DNA of 64,000 nt, taken from positions 3,232,001 through 3,296,000 of the forward strand of contig OY970355.1 in the NCBI GenBank assembly GCA_963718525.1, in the 5' to 3' direction. The notes beneath the pieces were generated by a model that was given only the letters and a program-made list of their open reading frames with translations, was not told where the DNA came from and searched no databases. The DNA comes from Candidatus Dormiibacterota bacterium. Lineage in GTDB: Bacteria > Chloroflexota > Dormibacteria > Aeolococcales > Aeolococcaceae. Shown one piece after another: positions 36,672 through 47,353 of the stretch. Numbering within the stretch: position 1 is the first letter of the stretch; each line of letters starts with the position of its first letter. Made by a program: the position numbers and the translations under genes.

Positions 36672-37388
36672 ATGCCAAAGGGAACCATGCTCGCACCGTC
36701 GGCAGGCAACCACCTGCTCGAAGCGTTGCCAGCCACCGAGCGGGAAGTGCTGATGACGCACCTTCGGCCTGCCCACCTGACGGTGAAGACCGTCCTGTTC
36801 GATCCGGGGCAACCCATCCCGTACGTCCACTTCCCCGTCGACGGCGTGATCTCGCTGGTCACGCCGCTCGCCGACGGCAACATCGTCGAAGTGGCCACCA
36901 TCGGGAACGAGGGCCTCGTCGGCGTGCCGCTCGTTCCCGGTGGTTCGCTCGCGGTTCGGGCGATCTCGCAAGTCGGCGGTCGAACCCTCCGGATGGAAGC
37001 GGGTGAGTTCATCAAGTCGCTCGATCAGCTGCCCGGTTTCCGCGCCCTGGTCCAGAAGTACGTTCAGGCACTCTTTGGACAGATCTCCCAGGCGGCCGCC
37101 TGCAACCGGCTGCACTCCAATGAAGAGCGTCTGAGTCGCTGGCTGCTGATGAGCCATGATCGCGTCGGCACGGACACGTTCCCGATCACCCACGAGTTTC
37201 TCGGTCAGATGCTGGGCTCGCGACGCGCGACCGTCACGCTGTCTGCCGGTTTGCTGCAGTCGGCCGGGTTGATCCGTTATCACCGGGGCCGGGTCACCAT
37301 CGTCGACCGGGAGGGCCTCGAGTCCGTGTCCTGCGAGTGCTACGGAATCATCAAGGCCGCGCTTGATCGGGTGGTGAGCCCAGACTGA
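36672..37388 (+). CDS. Crp/Fnr-family transcriptional regulator
   Basis: NHLLEALP, EVATIGNEG, ACNRLH..EERLSRWLL, THEFLGQMLGSRRATVT. Confidence 0.92.
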   Translation: MPKGTMLAPSAGNHLLEALPATEREVLMTHLRPAHLTVKTVLFDPGQPIPYVHFPVDGVISLVTPLADGNIVEVATIGNEGLVGVPLVPGGSLAVRAISQVGGRTLRMEAGEFIKSLDQLPGFRALVQKYVQALFGQISQAAACNRLHSNEERLSRWLLMSHDRVGTDTFPITHEFLGQMLGSRRATVTLSAGLLQSAGLIRYHRGRVTIVDREGLESVSCECYGIIKAALDRVVSPD

Positions 37389-37410
37389 CGCCCGACGGCA
37401 TGCAGCGCCC

Positions 37411-38668
37411 TCACGCCGGCTCGGCTCCTCCCCTGAACACCAGGCATGCGTTGTGTCCGCCGAATCCAAACGAGGTGGTCATCACGAGCCGTGCATTCAC
37501 CGCGCGACCGACGTTGGGCACGTAGTCGAGGTCGCACTCCGGGTCCGGGTGCTCGAGGTTCACGGTGGGCGGCACAAACCCGTCGCGCATCGCGAGGATC
37601 GTCACCATCGCCTCGAAGGCGCCCGCGGCTCCGAGCATATGCCCCGTCATCGACTTCGTCGATGAGATGGCGACCTCGTATGCCGCGTCACCGAAGACTG
37701 CCTTGATCGCACGGGTCTCAGCGAGGTCGTTGAGCGGCGTCCCGGTGCCGTGCGCGTTGATGTAGTCGATGTCCTCGGGTCGCACCGCTGCGCGCTCAAG
37801 GGCACGGCGCACGCAGCGGATTGCGCCGTCGCCACTCGGCTCGGGCGCGGTGATGTGATACGCGTCCGCCGAGGCCGCATAGCCGATCAGCTCCGCGTGA
37901 ATGGTGGCGCCGCGCGCGAGCGCGTGCCCGCGCTCCTCGAGCACGAGCACGGCGGACCCCTCTGCAGCCACGAACCCATCGCGGTCCCGGTCGAATGGCC
38001 TCGACGCATGCTCGGCATCATCGTTTCGCGCGGACAGCGCGCGAGCGGCGGCGAACATCGCGATGCCCGTCGACGTGATGCCCGCCTCGGTGCCGCCTGC
38101 AAGGACCGCCACCGCATCTCCATTCCGCACCCAGTTCGCCGCCTGGCCGATCGCGTCGGCTCCCGAGGCGCACGCACTGACGACCGCCATGTTAGGCCCG
38201 CGGGCTCCGAGATCAATGGAAACCATCCCCGGTGCCATGTCGACGAGTGCCATCGCTGCCGCGAACGGCGACACCCGGCGGGCGCCCTCGTTGTCGAGGA
38301 TGCGGGTGGTCTTCTCGATCACCTCGAGGCCACCGATACCGGACGCGATCAGCACGCCGACGTCGGTTGACTCCGCCGCGATATCGAGGCCCGAGTTCAC
38401 GAGCGGCTTCGCGCGCTGCGGCCATCGCGAAATGCACGTGCGGGGTACCACGACGGGCCTCCTTGGTGCCGAAGATCGCTCCGGCGTCGAACCCCTTGAC
38501 CTCACCCGCGATCCGGACGGGAAGGGGGGATGCATCGAAGTGGGTGATGGGGGCGGTCCCACTCCGCCCGGCCTTGAGCGACTCCCAGCTCTCCGCCACA
38601 CTGTTGCCGACCGGCGAGACCGCCCCCATGCCGGTGACGACGACGCGCCGCTCTCCAGATTCAGCCAT
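37411..38668 (-). CDS. fabF: 3-oxoacyl-ACP synthase II; +1 frameshift near 38405
   Basis: RRVVVTGMGAVSPVG in one frame; SACASG, NAHGTGT, KSMTGHMLGAAG, SFGFGGHN in the next; joined by removing one C from GAAGCCGCTC. Confidence 0.9.
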
Positions 38669-38731
38669 GACGCCGATCAGGATCTCATCCTCGATGCCAT
38701 CATCGGCTGAAACACCGGTCCCGCCCGGCAC

Positions 38732-39265
38732 CTACCCGTCCTGACCGCGCCGGATGCGTTCGAGGCGGCGCCGCGTTTCCGCGTCGAGCCCGTCCTCGAG
38801 ACGGGTGCTGCGCCGGCTCTCGGCGCGCATACGTTTGGTCTCGACGTCCACCCCACCCGCGACCCTGGCGACCTCCGCCTCGAGGGCGCGAGCTCCCATG
38901 GTCGCGACCCCCATGCCTCCCACGACATCGCGCTCGAGGCGATCATCTGTGGCCACCACGACGTCCGCGCCGTCGCCTCGCTGCGATGCCCGGTATGCGG
39001 CCCGCTCGATCACGTGGTCTGCCGTCGCGCGCTTCGATCCGAAGAGCACGGTGACGCCGTCGAACTTCTCGTTCGACGGGATGGCCCCCGGCCGCGCATG
39101 TGCATCGAAGACCACGGTGACGGCAACCCCGGTCTGCGCCGCGTACTCCGCGAGCGCGCTCACCAACTGGCGCCGGGCGTCCTCGAGACCGCGCTCGCGA
39201 AGCGTCGCGTGGAGCGCGGGCCATGCATGGATGATGTTGTACCCGTCCACGATCAGCGCCTGCAT
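38732..39265 (-). CDS. yacP: NYN-domain ribonuclease, YacP/Rae1-like
   Basis: LIVDGYNII, VVFDA, TADHVIER, VATDD; position downstream of rlmB. Confidence 0.85.
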   Translation of the reverse strand: MQALIVDGYNIIHAWPALHATLRERGLEDARRQLVSALAEYAAQTGVAVTVVFDAHARPGAIPSNEKFDGVTVLFGSKRATADHVIERAAYRASQRGDGADVVVATDDRLERDVVGGMGVATMGARALEAEVARVAGGVDVETKRMRAESRRSTRLEDGLDAETRRRLERIRRGQDG

Positions 39266-39284
39266 GCGTTTCGATCTCGGCGGG

Positions 39285-40019
39285 TCAGCGCGGCGCGAAT
39301 TCGCGCTGGCGCTGCACCTCGAAGAGCAGCACCGCCGCCGCCGCACCCGCATTGAGTGACGCGACGTGTCCCATCATCGGAATCGCGACGAGGACATCGC
39401 AATGCTCGCGTGTCAGCCGTCGCATCCCCGCGCCTTCGGCGCCCACGACGATCGCGGTCGGTCCCGCAAGATCGACGGAGTCGTACCGATCTCGCGCGTC
39501 TGCGTCGAGACCCACCCGCCAGATTCCCGCTGCGCCGATGACGTCCAGCGCCTGCGCGAGGTTGGGCACGGTCACCATCGGCAGATGCTCCGATGCGCCT
39601 GCAGAGGCCTTGACTGCCGCCGCGGTCAGCGGTGCCGCATGGTGACGCGGGATCACGATCGCGTCCGCACCACACGCCTCCGCGCTGCGTGCGATCGCGC
39701 CGACGTTCTGGGGATCCTGGATGCCGTCCAGCACCACCAGGAGTGCCGGAGGGCGCGCCTCGTCGAGCACCTCGTGCAGGCTCAGCGCCGCCCTCGCATG
39801 GAAGTAGCCGGCGACGCCCTGGTGATGCTCGGTATGGGCGATGTCATCGAGCCGCTGCCGCGACACCTCTTCGACGTGGATGTCCCGTTCCTCAGCGCGT
39901 TCGAGAATCTCCGTCAACCGCGCCTCGGGCCGCACCGCGGAGGCGACCACGATCTTGCGTGCCGTGCGACCCGCGCGAAGCGCCTCGAGCACGGGGTTGC
40001 GCCCGTAGAGGATGTCCAC
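39285..40019 (-). CDS. rlmB: 23S rRNA (guanosine-2'-O)-methyltransferase RlmB (SpoU family)
   Basis: YGRNPVLEAL, HQGV, LDGIQDPQNVGAIARSA, GAEGAG, IPMMGHVASLN. Confidence 0.92.
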   Translation of the reverse strand: MDILYGRNPVLEALRAGRTARKIVVASAVRPEARLTEILERAEERDIHVEEVSRQRLDDIAHTEHHQGVAGYFHARAALSLHEVLDEARPPALLVVLDGIQDPQNVGAIARSAEACGADAIVIPRHHAAPLTAAAVKASAGASEHLPMVTVPNLAQALDVIGAAGIWRVGLDADARDRYDSVDLAGPTAIVVGAEGAGMRRLTREHCDVLVAIPMMGHVASLNAGAAAAVLLFEVQRQREFAPR

Positions 40020-40023
40020 CGGG

Positions 40024-41466
40024 TCAGCCGCGGCGGGGCGACGTCCGCTTCCAGCGCTGGCCCTGGGGCGTGTCCTCCACCTCGATCCCGCGAGCTGCGA
40101 GCTGGCCGCGAAGATGGTCGGACTGGGCGTAGTCGCGCGCGGCCCGAGCGGCGGCGCGTTCGTCGAGCCATCGCTGTTCCTCGGCATCGGGCGCGGCCTG
40201 GCGATCGCGCGCGACGAGCGCCAGGACACCGAGGACGCTGTCGACGTCGCCGAGCAAATGCTCCAGGGTGCGCTTGGTCTCCGCGCTGACCGCTCCGGCG
40301 TCGAGCACGCGATTGACGTCGCGCAGCCCGGAGAAGACGATGCCCATGCCTTCAGGCAGATTGAGGTCGTCGTCCATGGCCTCGTCGAAACCGATGCGCA
40401 TCCCGCGCACCGAGGCCAGCACCGCCTCGTCGCGTGCGTTGCCGTCCTCCTCGACGGTTCGCAATCCCGCGACGCGGGTCTGGAAGTCGACAAGTCGCTG
40501 CACCGCCATGCTGCTGTCGGCGAGCAGCTCGTCCGAGTAGTCGAGCTGCTTGCGGTAGTGCGTGCGTGCCGCGAGCAGGTAGCGCAGTGCGGCGGGACTT
40601 GCACCTTCATCGAGCACCTCGCGCACCGTTGCGAAGTTGCCGAGGCGCTTTGCCATCTTCTGACCGCCGACGTTGAGGTGCTGGCTGTGGCACCAGATTC
40701 GCACGAAGCGTTTGCCCGTCGCGGCCTCCGACTGAGCGATCTCGTTCTCGTGGTGGGGAAAGATATTGTCGACGCCGCCACAGTGGATATCGAAGCTCTC
40801 CCCCAGCAGTGTCATGCTCATTGCCGAGCACTCGATGTGCCAGCCGGGGTGACCGCGTCCGATGCGTGTGTCCCAGCCGATCTCATCGGGACCGACCGCC
40901 TTCCAGAGCGCGAAGTCACGCACGTCGTCCTTGGTGTAATCGTCGGCGTCGATCCGACCGCTGGCGCCGGCGACAAGGCCTTCGGCGTTGAGGCCACTCA
41001 GCTTGCCGTAGGCGGGAAATGCGGCGATGCGGAAGTAGTAGCTGCCGTCAGCCCGATAGGCGGCTCCGGCGTTCTCGAGACGCTCGATCAGGTCGACCAT
41101 CTGGTCGATGTACTCGGTGGCGCGCGGATAGTGATGCGCCGGCCGGATGCCGAGCGTGTCGCGATCCTCCTCGAACGCCGTGATCCACGGTGCGGTCTCC
41201 TCCGCGAGTGCGTGGCCGTTCGCAACCGCGTTCTTGATGATCCGGTCGTCGACATCGGTGAGGTTCATGACGTGGGTGACCTTGTTCGCGAACCTCCGAT
41301 CAAGCCAGCGACGCAGGACGTCCTCGAAGATGAAGGTCCGGAAATTGCCGATGTGGACTCGGTTCCACACCGTGGGGCCGCAGGTGTACATGCGCACGCG
41401 ACCCGGCTCGATGGGCTCCACCGGGATGAGCTCACGACTCATCGTGTCGTGCAGCTGCAGCGTCAC
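40024..41466 (-). CDS. cysS: Cysteine--tRNA ligase
   Basis: [42 protein letters not shown] (KMSKS variant); GTGA overlap with ispF. Confidence 0.96.
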   Translation of the reverse strand: MTLQLHDTMSRELIPVEPIEPGRVRMYTCGPTVWNRVHIGNFRTFIFEDVLRRWLDRRFANKVTHVMNLTDVDDRIIKNAVANGHALAEETAPWITAFEEDRDTLGIRPAHHYPRATEYIDQMVDLIERLENAGAAYRADGSYYFRIAAFPAYGKLSGLNAEGLVAGASGRIDADDYTKDDVRDFALWKAVGPDEIGWDTRIGRGHPGWHIECSAMSMTLLGESFDIHCGGVDNIFPHHENEIAQSEAATGKRFVRIWCHSQHLNVGGQKMAKRLGNFATVREVLDEGASPAALRYLLAARTHYRKQLDYSDELLADSSMAVQRLVDFQTRVAGLRTVEEDGNARDEAVLASVRGMRIGFDEAMDDDLNLPEGMGIVFSGLRDVNRVLDAGAVSAETKRTLEHLLGDVDSVLGVLALVARDRQAAPDAEEQRWLDERAAARAARDYAQSDHLRGQLAARGIEVEDTPQGQRWKRTSPRRG

Positions 41467-41942
41467 TGCCGTTCCAGCAGCACCGTCGCCGATGCGGCGA
41501 TCCCTTCGCTCCGGCCGGAGAAGCCCATGCCGTCGGTGGTCGTGGCGCCGACTGCGATCGTTCCCGGCTCGAGGCCGAGTGCCTTCGACATCGCGTCGGA
41601 CATCGGGCCGAGATGTGCCGCGAGCCGCGGCTCTTCGGCGATCGCGATCACGTGGGCGCTTGCGATCGACCACCCTGCCTCGCGCAGCTTGTCCGCGACG
41701 ATCTTCAGGAACTCGCACCCTGAGGTGTCCTTCCATCGCGGATCGCCCGAGGGGAAGTGCCGTCCCATGTCGCCGAGCCCGGACGCGCCGAGAATGGCAT
41801 CGACGAGCGCATGCACCACCGCGTCCCCATCCGAGTGGCCGAGCAGGCCGCGACTGTACGGCACGAGGACGCCGCCGAGCATCAGCGGCCGACCGGGGAT
41901 GAACCGGTGCGCGTCGATGCCATGACCGATTCGTGGAGTCAT
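41463..41942 (-). CDS. ispF: 2-C-methyl-D-erythritol 2,4-cyclodiphosphate synthase
   Basis: RIGHGIDAH, GHSDGDAVVHALVDAILGA, GDMGRHFP. Confidence 0.95.
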   Translation of the reverse strand: MTPRIGHGIDAHRFIPGRPLMLGGVLVPYSRGLLGHSDGDAVVHALVDAILGASGLGDMGRHFPSGDPRWKDTSGCEFLKIVADKLREAGWSIASAHVIAIAEEPRLAAHLGPMSDAMSKALGLEPGTIAVGATTTDGMGFSGRSEGIAASATVLLERQ

Positions 41943-42610
41943 CGGACCTCCTCGAGCAATGCGCGGAGCAGGACGAGGTCCTGCGGAAACGTGATCTTGA
42001 AGTTGCGCGGGTCGCCGGGCACCACCGTCACCGGCTCGCCGATGGCCTCCACCAGCTCGGCATCATCGCCGGCGCTGATGCCCATCGCGGCCGCATTGCG
42101 ATGGGCACGGTGGAGGATATCCGCGCCGAATGACTGGGGTGTTTGCGTCGCGATGATCGACGATCGATCGAGGGTTGCCGTGACGCGACTGTCCTGGACC
42201 TGCTTCACAGTGTCCACGCAGGGTACCCCTGCGGTCGCCGCACCATCCGAGCGGGCTGCATCGAGGACCGAGCGGAAGAGTCCGGGCGGAGTGAGCGGGC
42301 GGGCCGCGTCGTGGACCGAGATCCATGCATGGTCACCGCAGCGATCGATCGCCGCGGCGACCGTGTCCTGGCGGCGCTCACCTCCTTCGAGGAGCACGAC
42401 GCCAGGCAGCTCGTGCTTGACGGCGATGCTCCGGATCGCGTCCCACCGATCGCCGGGTGCAGCGATGACGACGAGGTCGAAGCAACCCGCTGCTGCGATG
42501 GACTCGAGCGTGACTGCGATCACCGGGCGGCCGCTCACGAGTGCCCAGAGCTTGTCCTCCCCAGTGCGCACTCCCCGTCCGAAGGCGGGGACGATGAGCG
42601 CGCTGCTCAG
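41939..42610 (-). CDS. ispD: 2-C-methyl-D-erythritol 4-phosphate cytidylyltransferase
   Basis: GGERRQDTV, VHDAARP, DTVK, TQTPQSF, DDAELVE, NFKITFPQDL; start inferred at CTG 42610. Confidence 0.9.
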   Translation of the reverse strand: MSSALIVPAFGRGVRTGEDKLWALVSGRPVIAVTLESIAAAGCFDLVVIAAPGDRWDAIRSIAVKHELPGVVLLEGGERRQDTVAAAIDRCGDHAWISVHDAARPLTPPGLFRSVLDAARSDGAATAGVPCVDTVKQVQDSRVTATLDRSSIIATQTPQSFGADILHRAHRNAAAMGISAGDDAELVEAIGEPVTVVPGDPRNFKITFPQDLVLLRALLEEVR

Positions 42611-43761
42611 CGCTGCGCAACCTTGGCGCGAACCGGCCGGAGCACGCGTGGCTTGGTCGATTCATCGGCGGCGAGCGTCGCGAAGATCATGCGGCCCGCG
42701 GTGGTCTGGAGCACCGTGGTGACGGTGACGGTGACGGTCTCGTCCACATGGCTGCTGCCGTTCTCCACGACCACCATGGTGCCGTCCTCGAAGTACCCCA
42801 CGCCCTGATGGGGCTCCTTACCCTCTTTGACGACCGTGATCGCTATGCTCTCGCCGGCGCCCACGATCGGCTTGACCGCGTTGGCGAGGTCGTTGAGGTT
42901 GAGCACCCGGACGCCCTCGATCTGGGCGAGCCGGTTCAGGTTGTAGTCCTGGGTCATCAGCGCGGCGCCCCTGGCACGGGCCAGCTTGACGAGGCGGGCA
43001 TCCACGTCGGGCGTGCCGGGAAAGTCAAGATCGACGAGCTCGCACACCACGTCCTCCGCCTTCTGCAGCGCGTCGACGACCCCGAGCCCGCGGCGGCCCT
43101 TCTGGCGGCGGAACGGGTCGGCCGAATCCGCGACACGCTGCAGCTCCTCGAGCACGAATCCAGGGATGAGCAGGCGGCCGGGGACAAAGCCGGCGGCGGC
43201 GACGTCGACGATACGACCGTCGATGAGCACGCTGGTGTCGACGATGACCGGCTGACCGTCGAGCGGGCCGGGACCGCCCTCGTCGATGTCAACAGGGGCG
43301 CCGCGACCGAAGACGAGCCCGAGCGCGTCGCGACGACGGCTGCCGGTGCGCACTCCGACGTAGACGAGCACCGTCGCCAGGCCAATCGACACGATCACAC
43401 CGAGGCCGTACGGAAGGGGGTTGAGCAGGACAGCGACCATGGTCGCGATCAGCAACGCGGCGATGAGGCCGATGAGGGCGCCGACGATCTGGCTGGCTGG
43501 TGCCTCATCCAGGGTGCGCTCCAGCCAGAGATAGGGCTCGACTGTGATGAGCGGCCCGGCGAGCGCCATGGATGCAGCCCCGGCGGCCCCCGCCGCGAGG
43601 AGCGCCGCCCCGGCGATCGTGGTGTTCTCGTTGAGCACGCCCGGATTCCCGGAGAGGATGAACACGCCGTAGAGCACGCCGAAGACGAACCCCACTCCGG
43701 CGCCGATGATGCGCGAGAGATTTCGGGCCCGACGGATCGTCCGATCGGCATGCTGGTGCAT
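42607..43761 (-). CDS. yacL: PIN/TRAM-domain membrane protein, YacL-like
   Basis: 4 TMs, VDTSVLIDGRI, GRRGL, DYNLN, LNLNDLANA, GVGYFEDGTMVVVE, QTTAGRMIFA. Confidence 0.92.
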   Translation of the reverse strand: MHQHADRTIRRARNLSRIIGAGVGFVFGVLYGVFILSGNPGVLNENTTIAGAALLAAGAAGAASMALAGPLITVEPYLWLERTLDEAPASQIVGALIGLIAALLIATMVAVLLNPLPYGLGVIVSIGLATVLVYVGVRTGSRRRDALGLVFGRGAPVDIDEGGPGPLDGQPVIVDTSVLIDGRIVDVAAAGFVPGRLLIPGFVLEELQRVADSADPFRRQKGRRGLGVVDALQKAEDVVCELVDLDFPGTPDVDARLVKLARARGAALMTQDYNLNRLAQIEGVRVLNLNDLANAVKPIVGAGESIAITVVKEGKEPHQGVGYFEDGTMVVVENGSSHVDETVTVTVTTVLQTTAGRMIFATLAADESTKPRVLRPVRAKVAQR

Positions 43762-43814
43762 CTCAGCGATTGAACCACACGATCTTCACGCCGAATGGCG
43801 GCGCGACACGACGG

Positions 43815-45182
43815 TCACCCGAGTAGTGCAACCGCCTCGGTCAAGGTGGCGACCCGGTGGCAGCGGAGGGTCCCGGGAACCGCTCCGCGGTAGCTTTCCG
43901 GAACGATCACCGCCTCCATCCCGACAGCGACCGCCTCGGCAAGGCGGACCTCGGTCCGGGACACGCGCCGGACCTCGCCGCCGAGACCAAGCTCACCGAT
44001 GACCGCGCAGTGGCGGGAGACGGCCTTGTTGCGCGTCGACCCGGCGATCGCCAGGGCCACGGCGAGGTCGGTCCCAGGGTCCGCGAGCCGGATGCCGCCG
44101 GCGACGTTGACGAAGACGTCGAGCTTCCGAACTGCGATCCCGGCGCGCTTCCCGAGGATGGCGAGCATGAGATGGAGGCGGTTGAGATCGAATCCGGACG
44201 CTGTCCGCCTGGGGAACTCGAATGGCGAGGCCACAGCCAGTGCCTGCACCTCCACGGCCATCGGCCTGAGCCCGTCACACGTGATCGTGAGCACGCTGCC
44301 AGACGCGCCGAGCGACGCAGCGTCGAGCATGCCCCGGCTGGGTGCCGCGACATCGCGCATGCCGTCGTGCTCCATCGTGAGAAGACCCACCTCGCCGGTC
44401 GCGCCGAAGCGGTTCTTGATGCCTCGGAGCATCCGGTGCTCACCGAGCCGCTCCCCCTCGAGATACAGCACGACGTCGACCATGTGCTCGAGCGTGCGTG
44501 GTCCGGCGATCGCGCCCTCCTTGGTGACGTGCCCGACAAGGAGCACCGGGACGCCGGTTGCCTTGGCCACCTCGCTCATACGAAGCACCGCGGCACGAAC
44601 CTGCGAGACGCTTCCTGGTGGTCCGGGAGCCCCGGCATCTCGCAGTGTCTGCACGGAGTCGACCACCGCGAGCGATGGGCGTTCCGCCTCGATCGTGGCG
44701 ACCACTGTGTCGACGTCGGACTCGACGAGCAGGCGAACCCCGGCACCGGTGCAGCTAAGCCGCCGAGCTCGCAGGGCAAGCTGCTCAAGCAACTCCTCAC
44801 CGGTGCAGTAGAGCGCCGGTGACACCACGTCGCCGCAGCCGTGCGACAGCTGCAGCGCGATGGTGGACTTCCCGATGCCAGGGTCACCACCGAGCAGCAC
44901 GACGCTGCCGGGAACGATCCCCCCTCCCAGGACGCGGTCGACTTCCAACGAGCCGGTGGGCTGAACGCGGGCTGGCGCGGCCATGACGGTGTCCATTGAT
45001 GTTGTGGTGGCGGCGGTACTGGTGGCTGCCGGCCTGCGGGCGCCGGGGCGAGCCATGTCCTCGATCAGGCTGTTCCAGGCTTCACACGCGGGGCAGCGGC
45101 CTTGCCACTTCGGCGCCTCCGTGCCGCACTCAGCGCAGATGTAGTGAATGCGAGGGATGGCGCGCTGCAACTCGGTGACCAT
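43815..45182 (-). CDS. radA: DNA repair protein RadA/Sms
   Basis: CAECG..KWQGRCPAC zinc finger, GGDPGIGKST, KNRFG, Lon-like C-terminus. Confidence 0.96.
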   Translation of the reverse strand: MVTELQRAIPRIHYICAECGTEAPKWQGRCPACEAWNSLIEDMARPGARRPAATSTAATTTSMDTVMAAPARVQPTGSLEVDRVLGGGIVPGSVVLLGGDPGIGKSTIALQLSHGCGDVVSPALYCTGEELLEQLALRARRLSCTGAGVRLLVESDVDTVVATIEAERPSLAVVDSVQTLRDAGAPGPPGSVSQVRAAVLRMSEVAKATGVPVLLVGHVTKEGAIAGPRTLEHMVDVVLYLEGERLGEHRMLRGIKNRFGATGEVGLLTMEHDGMRDVAAPSRGMLDAASLGASGSVLTITCDGLRPMAVEVQALAVASPFEFPRRTASGFDLNRLHLMLAILGKRAGIAVRKLDVFVNVAGGIRLADPGTDLAVALAIAGSTRNKAVSRHCAVIGELGLGGEVRRVSRTEVRLAEAVAVGMEAVIVPESYRGAVPGTLRCHRVATLTEAVALLG

Positions 45183-45278
45183 GGGCGACGAATCCTAGCG
45201 AACAGATGTACGATCGGTCAAGGGGGGCGATGCATGGGGTTGCAGGCCCGGCGATGTAGAGCGAGGTCGGACCGCCAC

Positions 45279-47312
45279 TTACCTCGAGTGGACCGACCGC
45301 CCCCTGCCTCGGTGGGTCTGCGCGGGCTCCGGTTCCTCCTTGCCCTCCATACGACGCCGGAGCTCCACGAGCCGATCGCGCAGCTCCGCGGCGCGCTCGA
45401 ACTCGAGGTCGCGCGCAGCACGCAGCATCTCCTTCTCCACGTCCTTCGCCAGCCGCAGCACCTCGTCGGGAGGCAACCCGGCCGCCTCCTGGAATGCCGC
45501 GGCGCGGAGCGACTGCTGGTCGCGGTGGGACTCCATCTGATACACGGCCTTGACGATCGACAGCGGGGTGATGTCGTGCTCGACGTTGTATGCGACCTGG
45601 ATCGCGCGGCGCCGGTCAGTCTCCGCAATCGCCTTCTCCATCGCATCGGACATTCGATCGGCATACATCACCACGTGCCCGAACACGTTGCGTGCCGCTC
45701 GCCCGGTGGTCTGGATCAGCGACCGATATCCGCGCAGATACCCCTCCTTGTCGGCGTCGAGGATCCCGATGAACGAGACCTCGGGCAGGTCGAGGCCTTC
45801 GCGTAGCAGGTTGATCCCCACCAGCACGTCGAAGACGCCGAGGCGCAGATCTCGAATGATCTCGACGCGCTCCAGGGTGTCGATATCGCTGTGCAGGTAT
45901 CGCACTTTGATGCCGGCCTCGCGCAGATAGTCGGTGAGGTCCTCGGCCATCTTCTTGGTCAGCGTCGTGATCAGGCAGCGCTCGTGACGCTCGATGCGAC
46001 GTCGCATCTGGGCGATGAGATCGTCGATCTGCCCGTGCAACTCCTTCACCTCGATGGTGGGATCGACCAGGCCGGTCGGGCGGATGATCTGCTCCACCAC
46101 CTGGGTGGCCTTGGTCTCCTCGTAGGGGCCGGGTGTCGCACTGACATAGATGATCTGACCGATCATCGAGTCCCATTCTGAAAACGTCAGAGGTCGGTTG
46201 TCGAGTGCCGAAGGCAGCCGAAAACCATATTCCACCAATGGAATCTTGCGGGCGCGGTCCCCCTTGTTCATGCCGTCGATCTGGGGCACCGCGACATGCA
46301 ACTCGTCGACGATCAGGAGCGCATCGTCCGGCAGGAAATCGAGCAGGCAGTGCGGGCGCTGGCCTTCGGAGCGATTGCTCAGATGGCGCGAGTAGTTCTC
46401 GATACCAGCGCACGTCCCGGTCTCTCGCATCATCTCCATGTCGAAGTTGGTGCGCTGGCGGAGCCGCTGGGCCTCGAGAAGGCGTCCACGGGTTTCGAGC
46501 AGCTTCACCCGGTCCTCGAGCTCCGCTTCGATGGAGACGAGTGCGCGATTCATCTGCTCCTGCGGAGTCACGTAGTGCGTCGCAGGAAAGACAGTGAGCT
46601 CGTCACGCATCGTGAGGATCTCTCCCGTGAGCGCGTCGAAGTCCTTGATCAACTCGATGGTGTCACCCATGAATTCAATCCGGGTGGCGATCTCCTCATA
46701 CGCGGGCTGGACGTCGACGACGTCGCCGCGCACCCGAAAACGCGTGCGCCCGAAGTCCAGGTCATTGCGCGCGTACTGCAAATCCGACAGCTTGCGCAGC
46801 AGGATGTCACGGCGCCACGAATCGCCGCGCTTGACCGTGATCAACTCGCCGAGGTAGTTCTCCGGCGACCCAATGCCGTAGATGCAGGAGATGGACGCAA
46901 CCACCACGACATCGCGGCGGGTCAGCAGGGCGCGGGTCGCGCTGTTGCGCAACCGGTCGATCTCGTCATTGCGCGACGAGTCCTTCTCGATGTACGTATC
47001 GGTGCGCGGGATGTACGCCTCGGGCTGGTAGAAGTCGTAATACGACACGAAGTACTCGACGGCATTCTTCGGGAAGAACTCGCGGAATTCAGCCCAGAGC
47101 TGCGCGGCGAGCGTCTTGTTCGGTGAGAGCACCAGCGTCGGACGCTGCTGCTCGGCAATGACGTTGGCGATGGTGAACGTCTTGCCGGACCCGGTCACCC
47201 CAAGGAGGATCTGCTCACGCTGACCCTCGTTCAGCCCGCGACTGAGCGCCTTGATCGCCGCCGGCTGGTCACCGGCAGGTTGAAAGGGCGCAAGCAACTC
47301 GAGAGCGGGCAC
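45279..47312 (-). CDS. uvrB: Excinuclease ABC subunit B
   Basis: [39 protein letters not shown]-terminal UVR motif. Confidence 0.97.
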   Translation of the reverse strand: MPALELLAPFQPAGDQPAAIKALSRGLNEGQREQILLGVTGSGKTFTIANVIAEQQRPTLVLSPNKTLAAQLWAEFREFFPKNAVEYFVSYYDFYQPEAYIPRTDTYIEKDSSRNDEIDRLRNSATRALLTRRDVVVVASISCIYGIGSPENYLGELITVKRGDSWRRDILLRKLSDLQYARNDLDFGRTRFRVRGDVVDVQPAYEEIATRIEFMGDTIELIKDFDALTGEILTMRDELTVFPATHYVTPQEQMNRALVSIEAELEDRVKLLETRGRLLEAQRLRQRTNFDMEMMRETGTCAGIENYSRHLSNRSEGQRPHCLLDFLPDDALLIVDELHVAVPQIDGMNKGDRARKIPLVEYGFRLPSALDNRPLTFSEWDSMIGQIIYVSATPGPYEETKATQVVEQIIRPTGLVDPTIEVKELHGQIDDLIAQMRRRIERHERCLITTLTKKMAEDLTDYLREAGIKVRYLHSDIDTLERVEIIRDLRLGVFDVLVGINLLREGLDLPEVSFIGILDADKEGYLRGYRSLIQTTGRAARNVFGHVVMYADRMSDAMEKAIAETDRRRAIQVAYNVEHDITPLSIVKAVYQMESHRDQQSLRAAAFQEAAGLPPDEVLRLAKDVEKEMLRAARDLEFERAAELRDRLVELRRRMEGKEEPEPAQTHRGRGRSVHSR

Positions 47313-47353
47313 CCTTCGAGTCTAGTCGCTGTGCAAGTCCCGCCGAATTTGCC

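Noticed and set aside
38390-38420. Programmed ribosomal frameshift in fabF
   Set aside because: No slippery heptamer; same single-base duplication pattern as the other probable sequencing errors
39285-41736. Long N-terminal extensions of rlmB (to 40781) and cysS (to 41736) in the ORF track; likewise 27984-29669 and 47354-48535
   Set aside because: Extensions overlap upstream genes; homology begins at the coupled downstream starts
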